Assembly (NCBI GenBank): GCA_963804955.1
Contig: CAWDSQ010000030.1
Location: 160,001 to 224,000 of the forward strand
Source: an uncultured delta proteobacterium
Lineage (GTDB): Bacteria > Desulfobacterota > WTBG01 > CAIYCZ01 > CAIRTM01
DNA: 64,000 nucleotides
Direction: 5' to 3'
Positions 42,895 through 52,714 of this stretch are shown one piece after another (the first letter of the stretch is position 1; each line of letters opens with the position of its first letter). Both the position numbers and the translations under genes were made by a program. The notes under the pieces are model-generated. The model was given only the letters and a program-made list of their open reading frames with translations, was not told where the DNA came from and did no database searches.

Positions 42895-44093
42895 GGCAGC
42901 CTTTCGTAATCGTGTTGATTGCTTTCAGCGGTAGAGCAGGCAGCGTGCCCGCACGGGGGCGATATCGAGCCGGATTCTTCAGCTCTGTCGGCATAGCCGT
43001 ACTGACTGATAAACGGCCCCCAGCGCCGGGCGATACGCTCCCGCGTTTCAGGGCTGAGGCTGAATTTGTTTTTTTTGTAGCCGGCGTTTTTTGCCGCATA
43101 TGCCTGCACCAGGGGTCTGACCTGTTCAAAGCAGTCAAGGGAAAGCGCTTTGTAGAGCTTTTCCATCTCGGCCTCGGGGGCTGCGGCAAGGTCCTCGTAG
43201 CGAATGCAGTGGAGCTGGCCCGGCGGGATCAGGTGGCGGTCGCTTTCGAATTTCAGGTGCATGCGGTTGAACACGTCAAGTACATACTCTTCGAGCTCAG
43301 CGGCATCGGGGGCGCGCAGCGAGGCGTACCGGGCGAATATGTTCCAGGTGTGGATCGCTGAAGGGAACACATCAAAGGGATTTCGAACCAGATAGACAAA
43401 CCGCGCTTTCGGAAACAGCCGAAGCAGGATGGCTGCGCGGAAGGTGTGGGTCGGCGATTTCAGGACAACCGGACGGTCCTGCCTGAAGGTGACTTTTTTG
43501 AGAAACTGCACAAGGCTGTTTTCCCAGTGCCTGCGGCTTGCGGCCGGGACTTTTTCAAGCTCATAGAAATCGGCATAGCGGCCTAAGTGCCTGATTAAAA
43601 AGTGGGTTGTGTACGGCGAGACCGCGCCCATGTAGGAAAGGGCGAATTCATCCTCCTGGGGGGTGTCAGGCCCTAACGCCATATTGTCCTGCAGCCGCTG
43701 CGATGGGAAGAAACGCTTGATGAGCGGCATGAACAGCCGATCTGCCAGCAAAAAGTTGTGCGGCGCCACGCAGGAAAAGCTCGTTGGAAAGGTGAAGCGC
43801 TCGTCCAGGCACAGCAGCTCATGCAGCAGCGTCGTGCCTGAGCGCCAGTGGCCCAGGATGAACACCGGCGCATCATGCACCTGCGTTGCCCTGATCCGCG
43901 CGCCGAACAGCAGGTTTTCAATCAGCTTTAAAACGCTCACCACCGTGCTCACTGCCGTAATGATAAGCACATCGGGGATTTTCGACGGGCTTATCCCCAG
44001 GCCGTAGCGCCGAAGGATCCGGCACCAGGCTGCAAAGTCAAAACCCGGCAGGAGCCGTAATGCAAGATAGGCTTTTACATCAAGTTTTTGCAT
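42891..44093 (-). CDS. PAPS-dependent sulfotransferase (Stf3-like)
   Basis: PVFILGHWRSGTTLLHELL (5'-PSB), PQEDEF, LKSPTH, VRNPFDVFPS (3'-PB) and IRYEDL. Confidence 0.9.
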   Translation of the reverse strand: MQKLDVKAYLALRLLPGFDFAAWCRILRRYGLGISPSKIPDVLIITAVSTVVSVLKLIENLLFGARIRATQVHDAPVFILGHWRSGTTLLHELLCLDERFTFPTSFSCVAPHNFLLADRLFMPLIKRFFPSQRLQDNMALGPDTPQEDEFALSYMGAVSPYTTHFLIRHLGRYADFYELEKVPAASRRHWENSLVQFLKKVTFRQDRPVVLKSPTHTFRAAILLRLFPKARFVYLVRNPFDVFPSAIHTWNIFARYASLRAPDAAELEEYVLDVFNRMHLKFESDRHLIPPGQLHCIRYEDLAAAPEAEMEKLYKALSLDCFEQVRPLVQAYAAKNAGYKKNKFSLSPETRERIARRWGPFISQYGYADRAEESGSISPPCGHAACSTAESNQHDYERLP

Positions 44094-44174
44094 CGCGCGT
44101 AGGATTCCTTTAAAACAAGCGTTCCGTTCGGGCTGCTTCGTCAGCAACCCGCTGCCTGCTCCAGGCAAGCAGTT

Positions 44175-45527
44175 TCATGCGGCTTTGCTCCCCAGAAGGT
44201 GATCGGTGGCCATCCACTGCTCGTCATAGGACGGCAGGCTCCTGCCGTAGAGGCGATAGCCGATATTTGCCAGGACTGAATATCTCAGAAAAGACCTGGC
44301 TCCCAGCAGGCGGCTGGTTATATTCCGCAGGCGGTAAGCCTCTTTCCAGATAGTGTGGTGCCCGTGATCGAGCTGCCCGACCGTCATGCCCCGCGGTTCA
44401 AAAACAACATGCTGGGCATCATAGAGGGCCCAGTTTTCAGTAAGAATGCGGCCCTCCTGCTTGAGTCGGTCGAAAAACGGTGTTCCGGGAAAAGGCGTAC
44501 AGACCGTGAACCGCGGCAGGTCGATATGGGCGCTGAGGACAAAATCCATGGTTTGCTGGAAGCAGTCGGGCCCGTCGCCGTCAAGGCCGTGCACGAAGCA
44601 GCCCATGATGGCAATGCCCCGCCTGTGCAGCTCGTCCGCAAGGGTGTAGTAGTCGCCGACGCTGTTGAACGCTTTGCTGATGCCGTCGTTGGTTTGCTGT
44701 GAAAGCGACTCAAAGCCGATCAAAAGCCCTCTGCATCCGCTGCGCGCCATGACATCCATCAGCTCGGGATGCCGCACCAGGCGGGTCGTGGCAAGTCCTG
44801 TCCAGAATTTTTTCAAGGGGATCATGGCGCTGTAGAGCTCCAGGGCATACTGGACGTTTTCAATGGGGCTGGGATCAACGAAGGTCATGTAGCGGCCGCG
44901 CATGGAACTTATGTCATCGATTACCTGGTCAACGGGCCGCGCCTCATAACGGCGGCACACGACCGGCGTTACGCAGAAATCGCAGGAATTCGGGCACCCG
45001 AACACGGCCTGCACGCTGTTGAGCGTGATAAAGCCGCGGTACTTCATGTGCTTGCGCAGCGGAGTTTTGAATTTTGAAAAATCGGTTTTACCTTCCGGCG
45101 GCTGGTAGCGCTTGCGGGGATTGCCGGCTTTGAAATCCCTCAGAAATTGGGGCCATGTCTCATAGGCATGGCCGGTGATGACCGTATCGGCATGGGTCAT
45201 TGCCTCCTGCGGCATGAGCGTGGAATGCACCCCGCCGAGCACTACATACATGCCCCGGCTGCGGAAATAATCAGCATAGGCGTACATGCGCTGCGAGGCC
45301 CCCGTAATGCCGGTTATGCCGACAATATCGGCCTGTATTTTTTCAGGCTCTATGGCTTCGGCGCCTTCATCATGCATTTCAATTTCGGCGGATACGTCAG
45401 GCGGCACGAGCGCCGCCAGCGTGGGCAGCGTCATGGGAGAATAGCGGAGGAATTTCGAGAAAGCGCCGGTCCCGAATCTGTATATCCCGGCTCGTGGCAG
45501 AATAAGAACTATTTTCATTGCACTCAC
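44175..45527 (-). CDS. Cobalamin-binding radical SAM enzyme (type A paralog)
   Basis: YSPMTLPTLAALVP, GGVHSTL, GCPNSCDFC, VDPSP, IGFESL and TPFPGT. Confidence 0.9.
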   Translation of the reverse strand: MSAMKIVLILPRAGIYRFGTGAFSKFLRYSPMTLPTLAALVPPDVSAEIEMHDEGAEAIEPEKIQADIVGITGITGASQRMYAYADYFRSRGMYVVLGGVHSTLMPQEAMTHADTVITGHAYETWPQFLRDFKAGNPRKRYQPPEGKTDFSKFKTPLRKHMKYRGFITLNSVQAVFGCPNSCDFCVTPVVCRRYEARPVDQVIDDISSMRGRYMTFVDPSPIENVQYALELYSAMIPLKKFWTGLATTRLVRHPELMDVMARSGCRGLLIGFESLSQQTNDGISKAFNSVGDYYTLADELHRRGIAIMGCFVHGLDGDGPDCFQQTMDFVLSAHIDLPRFTVCTPFPGTPFFDRLKQEGRILTENWALYDAQHVVFEPRGMTVGQLDHGHHTIWKEAYRLRNITSRLLGARSFLRYSVLANIGYRLYGRSLPSYDEQWMATDHLLGSKAA

Positions 45528-45584
45528 CCTTAAGGATTAATTAAAATCTTATTAACGACATGTCATATGGCTGACTGATGTTTG

Positions 45585-46781
45585 CTATACTGTCAGCCAT
45601 TTCATGCCTTCTTTATCAAGCATGTGTCCGAATTGTTTCATTCGATCCCGAATGATGTTGTTATCGACTTTCTGAGTCATTTTTGAAGACAGCGTATTCG
45701 GCGAATCATAGTATTCAAAAGGGATTACCAGATCAAATTTCGCGTCTTTTATGAATCGTACGGTATCCATAAAATCTTCTTCCGTTTCGGAAGGAAATCC
45801 GATAATCACCTGTGAATACAGTTTTAATTTTGAATTTGCAGCTTTGAATGCATTGAGGGTTTTAAGCACTTCTTTGTTATTATTATAACGATTCATGAGC
45901 TGTAAAATTCTTTCACTGCCGGACTGGATGGGAAACATAATTTGAGTAATTGTTTTTTTCTCTATTCTTTTTATGATTTCATCCTGATTTTGCACCGCCC
46001 ATCGTGGATATAAATGCAATAAATACCATTCAATCCCATGGTCCCTGCCATTACCGTTTTCGTTATGATGAACTCCGGCCAGCTCATGTAATAATTCGCT
46101 TAACGAGGAACCGATATCAGAGCCATAGGCCCCAACGTTATCTGAAAAAAGTTTGAACTTTCGATAGCCTTTGTTTAATAATGATGCATATTCATTTTTT
46201 AATTCCTGAAGGGATTTGCTTTTCAATGGTCCGATCGCTTTTCTTATTCCGCAATAGGCACATTTTTCATTACATCCCCGGCCGATACGCAAATAGGGTA
46301 TCTGCTTTCCTGCGGAGAACATACTTAATGAAGTAAATTGTTTGTATAAGTTTTTATTTAATTTTATTTCCGGCAATGCTTTTTGAAATATATAAGACAG
46401 TTTCGGGTATAAATAATTTGCATCTTCCACCATGTTGAATTTGTATCTGAAATTCGGAAAAAAATCATCTATCTGTTCCAGTTGTTTTGTGGAAATGCAT
46501 TTGCCTGAAAAATTTTTCGATAATTCCTCAGGCGCAATTTCAGGAAGGCAACCGGCAACAATCAGCTCTCCCTTGTATGTTTTGTATTTCCGGATATTTT
46601 CAATGCTGGCATTTTTTCTGTTTTCTTTAAAACTGCAGGTCACAAAAATTATATAATCCGCCTTTCTGGCCGATGATACCATCCTGCAATCATTTATTTC
46701 AAAATATCTTATCAGTCGTGACATATCCAGATCGCGTCCCGGACAACCATTTGAACTGATATATATCCGTTTTGCATTCAT
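45585..46781 (-). CDS. MiaB/RimO-like methylthiotransferase-family radical SAM protein lacking a TRAM domain
   Basis: N-terminal GC..ADYIIFVTC..VAGC triad, GCNEKCAYC, PIQSGS and IIGFPSETEEDF; ends at 398 aa; AT-rich. Confidence 0.8.
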   Translation of the reverse strand: MNAKRIYISSNGCPGRDLDMSRLIRYFEINDCRMVSSARKADYIIFVTCSFKENRKNASIENIRKYKTYKGELIVAGCLPEIAPEELSKNFSGKCISTKQLEQIDDFFPNFRYKFNMVEDANYLYPKLSYIFQKALPEIKLNKNLYKQFTSLSMFSAGKQIPYLRIGRGCNEKCAYCGIRKAIGPLKSKSLQELKNEYASLLNKGYRKFKLFSDNVGAYGSDIGSSLSELLHELAGVHHNENGNGRDHGIEWYLLHLYPRWAVQNQDEIIKRIEKKTITQIMFPIQSGSERILQLMNRYNNNKEVLKTLNAFKAANSKLKLYSQVIIGFPSETEEDFMDTVRFIKDAKFDLVIPFEYYDSPNTLSSKMTQKVDNNIIRDRMKQFGHMLDKEGMKWLTV

Positions 46782-47040
46782 CTCGCGCCACTTTTATTTA
46801 TTAATTGTTCGAAGCCAACTGAATATCAACCTGCGCTATTGTCTTCAGGAGCCATCGCCTATGAGGGTGGTTGTTGACTTGTCAGGTGTTTTTTTAAATT
46901 TTCGTTTTATTTATCCGTATGATACATCTCGCGACAGCGGACCAGTCACCACTATTAACTTGTTAAAGGGGTCATACGTTACCGGACAGTATGAATTGTT
47001 CTTTTACCTTATAGCTCCCTGCTTTAAACGCTATCCTCGC

Positions 47041-47115
47041 GAGATTGCTTCGTCGTTTTGAATGCCCGCAATGCACGTGGGCGGTCATCGCGAGGCCGCA
47101 GGCCGTGGCGATCTC
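47041..47115. repeat. REP-like palindromic repeat (GAGATTGCTTCG...GCGATCTC type)
   Basis: GAGATTGC ... CGCAATG and GTCATCGCGAGG ... GTGGCGATCTC form nested inverted repeats. Confidence 0.55.
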
Positions 47116-47276
47116 ATATGTGTGTCCGCTTACTAATGATCTTATTAATCATTGTTGTCAGTTGATGTAACAATTTAGCGTCGAGTTATTCGCTGCCGAA
47201 ATTTTCCAGTTACTGTTCTACGTCCTACTCGGTCCCCTCTCGGCAACGATGCTTCAGGAATGTATTATTATTTATA

Positions 47277-47293
47277 TGCAATAAAAGTGCCTA
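47277..47293 (-). promoter_or_regulatory. Candidate sigma54 (-24/-12) promoter facing the radical-SAM cluster
   Basis: Minus strand TAGGCACTTTTATTGCA: GG-N10-GC with GGCAC and TTGCA. Confidence 0.5.
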
Positions 47294-47759
47294 AATATGC
47301 TTAAGCGTGGTAGCTTGAAATAAATGAAGCAATAACAAAGTATTAAATTATTATTTTGTTTGATGCCCTGACAGCGTCCGAATTCTTATTGGTTGTTTTC
47401 AGCCAACTTTTCAGATTACTAGGGAGCTTTTGGTTCATTACAACCAATGGCCGCTGCATTTTTTTTTAAACAAAACATGTTAAGTTTCCAGGCAACCCAA
47501 AAAAAATAAGGGGGGGATTACTTATGGATATCTGTGGAGGGCATCGATGTTTCCGGTGTTGGCAACAGAGTGCCTGTTGCCAAGCAATGGATTGAATGTT
47601 TGTCGCACCTTTGATGCCGTCAGCATACCAGGCGCAAAACGTTTTATGGTCGTTCAGGCCGGATATGGGTACGGTTTTCTGAAGATGGCAACTTAAACAC
47701 TTCGTGTTTTTGATTACGCCCTTTCAGGGCGAAATCAAGCCACCCTCTCTATGCCGGTG

Positions 47760-47886
47760 GCTGTTGACAAGATTGCCGCACAATTTCAAACTCCGGCTCA
47801 AGCTCTTTGACTGCAACGGAAAAATTTTTGTTTTTCAGCAGCTCCTGTTTTACTGTGCTCCAGGCAACCGATGGTTTTTTTTTCAT
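47760..47886 (-). pseudogene. Antitoxin remnant (XRE/HigA-like N-terminus), truncated
   Basis: ATG overlaps the toxin stop; fragments WSTVKQELLK and KELEPEFEIVRQ in different frames; no HTH seen. Confidence 0.5.
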
Positions 47887-48245
47887 GGCTTGTGCCTCGC
47901 TAAAAAATCAGTCATGTACCGCAGCGCGGTTTCAATTTCTTTTTTCGGTGTTTTTTGAGTTTTTTTTACAAATCCGTGCAAGAGTATAAATCTGCTTCCG
48001 ACGGGCATAAAATAGAATATTCGTGACGCATCACCGCCGAATTTGATGCGCAACTCCCAGAGGTTCTTTTGAGCTGCTTCTTTGATGTGCTTAACATAGG
48101 GTTCTTTGAGCGCCGGACCGTATTCTGCAAGCAGCTCGATTTCCCAAAAGGCTTTAGCCCTGTGCTTGTCAGAGAGCGACTCCAGAAATTCTTTCACAGG
48201 AACTGCGCCGTTTTCTTTGCGGTAAAGTTCAACTTTCCAGTTCAT
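47883..48245 (-). CDS. Type II toxin, RelE/ParE (Gp49-like) family
   Basis: PVKEFLESL..EPYVKH..LWELRIK..RIFYF..LLHGFVKKTQKTPKKEIETA. Confidence 0.9.
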   Translation of the reverse strand: MNWKVELYRKENGAVPVKEFLESLSDKHRAKAFWEIELLAEYGPALKEPYVKHIKEAAQKNLWELRIKFGGDASRIFYFMPVGSRFILLHGFVKKTQKTPKKEIETALRYMTDFLARHKP

Positions 48246-48669
48246 AAGCTCCGCATATCGTAAATGATATATCAGCTGAATGGTTTTTTCAATGAGAAAA
48301 ATCTATGCGCTCGTGAAATAACGTCTTTGTCTTTTTGAAATTATGAGGGCAACAGCTCCTTGTACGTCCTCTTCTGCTTCGCGGCAAACACCTCAAACTG
48401 GCGAACGCCGAAATCATAGCCGGTAACAGATTATTGTGCAATTGATTTATTTTTATAATTTTAGGTTGATTGCATAACGCATATTAATATTCAGGCTCGC
48501 GGGTTGGCAGTTGGCAACTCTGCATTCTTTTGGTGACAGTATCACGCGGTTTTGTCAGATGAGGTCAAAATGGAAAGATCAGTGGAAATTTTATGCAATG
48601 CTGGCGGAAAGGCTTACATGAAAAGCGGGTTAAAAAGCCGTAGGCTTTTTGTTGTCTTCAGGAATAAGT

Positions 48670-49119
48670 CTATGCGGGTGGTTGCTGATGTGCTGCCAAC
48701 ACTGAGCGCAGCAGTGCTGCCGGCGCCATGCCTGCAAGAGCCGCCAGACAATTGACAACAATATCCCCAAACTGGCAGGTGCGGTACGGTATGAAATACT
48801 GTACGAGCTCCATGCAGGCCCCATACAGGGCGGCAAGCAGGGCGCCTTTTATAAGGCCGCGCGGTACTTTTTTTATGAGAAGGTATGTTCCGGCTATGCA
48901 TGAAAGCGTGCCATAGGCAAGAGCATGGGCTAGCGTGCCGCTGTTGATGTCCCCGCTTACCGAAGGAATTACCGATAAAATAAATATTGCCAGCGCCTCT
49001 ATCAGGCAGGCCGAAAGCCAGAGCCCGGGAGCGCGCAGGTATGAAGTAAGCGGATGCATCCATAGCTGCATGGCGATACGATAGCATGGATGGCCGGTTG
49101 ATGCAATTGCAGCAACCAC
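48670..49119 (-). CDS. VanZ-like membrane protein
   Basis: HALAYGTL..YGACMELVQYFIPYRTCQFGDIVVN. Start uncertain. Confidence 0.8.
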   Translation of the reverse strand: MVAAIASTGHPCYRIAMQLWMHPLTSYLRAPGLWLSACLIEALAIFILSVIPSVSGDINSGTLAHALAYGTLSCIAGTYLLIKKVPRGLIKGALLAALYGACMELVQYFIPYRTCQFGDIVVNCLAALAGMAPAALLRSVLAAHQQPPA

Positions 49120-49180
49120 CTGTCAGAAGCCATGCTTTCCTCATGGACAGCGCTCAGATGTTTCTGCTATATGGTTTTTT

Positions 49181-50225
49181 ATGGAGAATAAAGCTTCACG
49201 AATTTCCTTTCTTGTGCTGCTGCTGCTTTTGATGGCCGCCTTTGGCGTCATTATTCAGCCCTTTCTCGTATCTGCACTGGTGGCGCTCATCATAACGGTC
49301 ATATGCTGGCCCATTAACCGGCTCTGCATGAAGCTGTGCAAGGGCCGGCGGTATGCCGCGGCAGGGCTGGCCACGCTGCTTGTATCGATCTGCGTTTTGG
49401 GCCCCTTGAGCACCATTATTACCGTTGCGGCCTTTAATGCCGTGGATGCGTTCAAGTCCGTTATCTCGCATCTTGCAGGTCGGCTCGATTGCCGAGGCCC
49501 TTGATCAGGCCAATGTCTGGATTCAGACAAAAGCGGCGGCCCTGCCGCAGTTTATTCCCGCAGATTTCAATATCAGGGCCAAGCTTTTGGGGCTTCTTTC
49601 TTCCATGGGTTCGGTCGTCTATGAGTATTCCCCCAAAGTCTTTACGGCAACGGCTGGTTTTTTTGCCGGCTTTCTTCTGGTTGTGCTTTTTCTCTTTATC
49701 TTTTTTGCCGAGGGAGAGCAGTTAAACGATGCCCTTATGAGCCTGCTGCCCCTTGACCCGCAGCACAAGCAGGTGCTGGCCAAAGAGGTTGCCGGCGTTA
49801 TCACCGGCATATTTGCCGGCATGGTTGTGACAGCCCTGGCACAGGGGATTTTAATCGGCATCGGCTACTGGATTGCGGGCATTGATAACCCGCTGGTGTG
49901 GGGCGTGGTTGCCATCGGGGTGACCCTTATTCCGGTTATCGGCGGTCCGGTCATGTATATACCGCCTGCTATCGCCCTCATTATCGGCGGCAGCATGGGC
50001 AAAGGGATTTTTTTGCTTATCTGGGGCGTAGCCATCGTCTCCATGGCCGACAATGTGATAAAGCCGGTTGTCATGCGCGGTAAGGTCGATGTCCACCCGG
50101 TGCTGCTGGCCCTTGCCATTATCGGCGGCAGCATGTGGCTCGGCGCCATCGGCTTTATCGTCGGGCCGGTCGTGGTGGCCCTGATGCTGGCAATGCTGCG
50201 GATCTATCGCAGGGAGTTTATGTGA
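49181..50225 (+). CDS. AI-2E (PerM) family transporter, frameshifted
   Basis: ALAQG, IPVIG, DNVIKP, HPVLLALAIIGG and GFIVGP. Confidence 0.88.
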
Positions 50226-50227
50226 AA

Positions 50228-51256
50228 TCAGTGTGCCGGCCCGCCAAGCTGGCCGCAGGCTGCATGAATACCCTGGCCGCGCGATGAGCGCATGCGCACA
50301 AAGATGCCTTCACTGGCAAGCCAGGTGCAGAACAGTTTGCAGTTTTCCTCGCCGGGGCTTTCAAACAGTGCCGTCCGAGCCGGGATTATAGCCGATCACA
50401 TTGACCCGCACCGGCAGCCCTTCCAGAAAACGGGCAAGCCGGGCTGCCTGCCCGCGACTGTCATTTACTCCTTTTAAAAGCACGTATTCAATAAAGAAGA
50501 CCCCTTTTTTTCGAAGCGGGTAGGCTTGCAGCGCCTGCTTGAGCAGGGCAAGGGGGTGGACGGCGTTGATGGGCATCAGCTGTGAGCGCAGTTCGTCATC
50601 TGCCGCATTGAGCGATACTGCCAGATTGAGCCCGGGCCAGCCGAGCTCTCCCAGGCGCCGGATGCCATCGGTCAGCCCTGCGGTTGAAATCGTCATATGG
50701 CTGTGGGCAATGTCAAGGCCGCGCTGGTCGCTGAGCACGCGTATGGCCTGCACGACATTATCGAAATTATCAAGCGGCTCACCCATGCCCATGAAGACGA
50801 TATTGTCTATGGCGCGTCCGAGCCCGTGGCGTACGGCATAGACCTGCCCGACTATTTCTTCTGCCGCAAGATTGCGCAGCAGGCCCAATGACCCCGTGCG
50901 GCAGAAGGCGCAGCCCATGCGGCAGCCGGCCTGGCTCGACATGCACAGCGTTGATCTCCTGGGCATGGGAATCCAGACCGATTCCACGCGCAGGCCGTCG
51001 GCAAGAGAAAAAACGATTTTTGTAACTCCGTCCTGCTCAACCACCTCTGCAATAGCCGGAGCGCTGACATCAAAAGCGCTCTGCAGCTCCTGCTTGAGTA
51101 TGCCTGTCCTGCGACAGTTCGGGAGCTTGCTGCGAGGTCGGGATTTCCCTGCTTGAAAACGTGCCGGTAGAGTGCCGCGGCATGAAACATTCCCTTGCCC
51201 CAGCCCTCGTGCAGGGCGGCGGCAAAATCAGTGCAGGTGAGTGAAAAAAGATGCAT
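50228..51256 (-). CDS. rlmN: RlmN-like rRNA methyltransferase (radical SAM), frameshifted
   Basis: CMSSQAGCRMGCAFC, VFMGMGEPLDN, EYVLLKGVND and C-terminal RGQGIHAACGQL. Confidence 0.85.
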
Positions 51257-51304
51257 GGAAGGTTTTCGTCCAGTCGTGCGGGTTGACAGGTCGGAAGCTG
51301 CCTG

Positions 51305-52637
51305 TTACAGCAGATTGCTGGCAAGCTCAGCAAGCACGGATCGTTCGCCTTTTTCAAGATTGACATGGGCGTAGAGCTGCTGGCCATGCATTTTTTCAAT
51401 CAGATAGCTCAGGCCGTTGGAATAGGTGTTGAGGTAGGGGTGGTCGATCTGAAAGATATCGCCGGTAAAGACCATTTTGGTGCCTTCGCCGGCGCGGGTG
51501 ATGATGGTTTTGACCTCATGGGGGGTGAGGTTCTGCGCTTCGTCAACAATGAAATAAATGTGCACCAGGCTTCGGCCTCTGATGTAGGACAGCGGGGAGA
51601 TGACCAGCTTTTCGTCAACGAGAAATTCTTTGATTTTTTTGTTTTTCGTGTCGCTTTCTGAAAACTGGTTTTGTATGACCCCGAGATTGTCATAGAGCGG
51701 CTGCATGTAGGGATCAAGCTTGGACTGTATGTCGCCGGGCAGGTATCCGATGTCCTTGTTGCTCAGGGGCACGACGGGCCGTGCGATGAATATCTGGCGG
51801 TAGTTTTTCCGCCGCTCCAGGGCTCCGGCAAGGGCAAGCAGTGTTTTGCCGGTGCCGGCCTTGCCCGTCAGGGTCACCAGCTGTATGTCGGGATTGGTGA
51901 GCGCGTCAAGCGCGAATATCTGTTCGGCATTGCGCGGCATGATGCCGTAGGCCTGTTTTTTGTCGATGCGGCGCAGCAGCTGCTGCTGCGAGTCAAACAT
52001 GGCAAGAGCGGATTTTTTGCCGTTGCGCATGATGAGGTATTCATTGGAGGCAAAATGGTTTTTTACCGGCAGAAGGCCGGCAGGTGATTTCAAAAGGTTC
52101 ACGGTAAATGCTTTCAATGAGTTCTGACGGCACGTTTTCTTCGATGCGGTGCCCGCTGTAGAGCGCGGCCGGATCCTTGACATGGTCGGTGAAGTAATCC
52201 TGGGCAACAATGCCCACCGATTTTGCCTTCATGCGCAGGTTCACATCTTTGGAAACCAGTATGACCTGGCGGGAGGAGTTTTCCTGCGCCAGGCGATAGG
52301 CAGTGTTCAGAATATGATGATCGGGTTTGCCGGGGGAATAGTTGTGGGCTATGTCTTCATGGAACGGCTGCTCGAGCCGTATGATTATGTTGCCGCGGCT
52401 GGGGCCGATTTTCACCCCGTTGCCAAAGAGTTTGTCGCCGCTCAGCTCGTCAAGGGCGCGCACGAATTCGCGGGCATGGTAGTTGACCGTGCCGCTGCCC
52501 TTTTTGAATTGATCGAGTTCTTCGATCACCGTGATGGGTATGACCACATCATGCTCCTGAAACTGGTGTATGCAGGAGCTGTCATGCAGAATGACATTGG
52601 TGTCGAGGACAAATATTTTATTTTTATGCCGTGCCAT
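51305..52637 (-). CDS. PIN domain-PhoH family ATPase, frameshifted
   Basis: [11 protein letters not shown] and [10 protein letters not shown] (PIN); [14 protein letters not shown] and DEAQNLT (PhoH). Confidence 0.9.
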
Positions 52638-52714
52638 GCAGATACTGAGTAAATTTTACAACAGCTTATCATGATCAACGGTACTATGCAATAAAACAAC
52701 TCGCTCTATGTGAA

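Noticed and set aside
30137..47300. RiPP interpretation of the radical-SAM cluster
   Set aside because: No convincing precursor ORF in the gaps I translated (34219-34642, 46782-47040), and no RRE, peptidase or exporter. Not fully excluded, because a precursor could be encoded elsewhere.
48380..48440. c-di-GMP-I riboswitch (GGCAAAC...)
   Set aside because: Lacks the GAAA-capped stem and the GACGCAAAG element; only a short motif matches.
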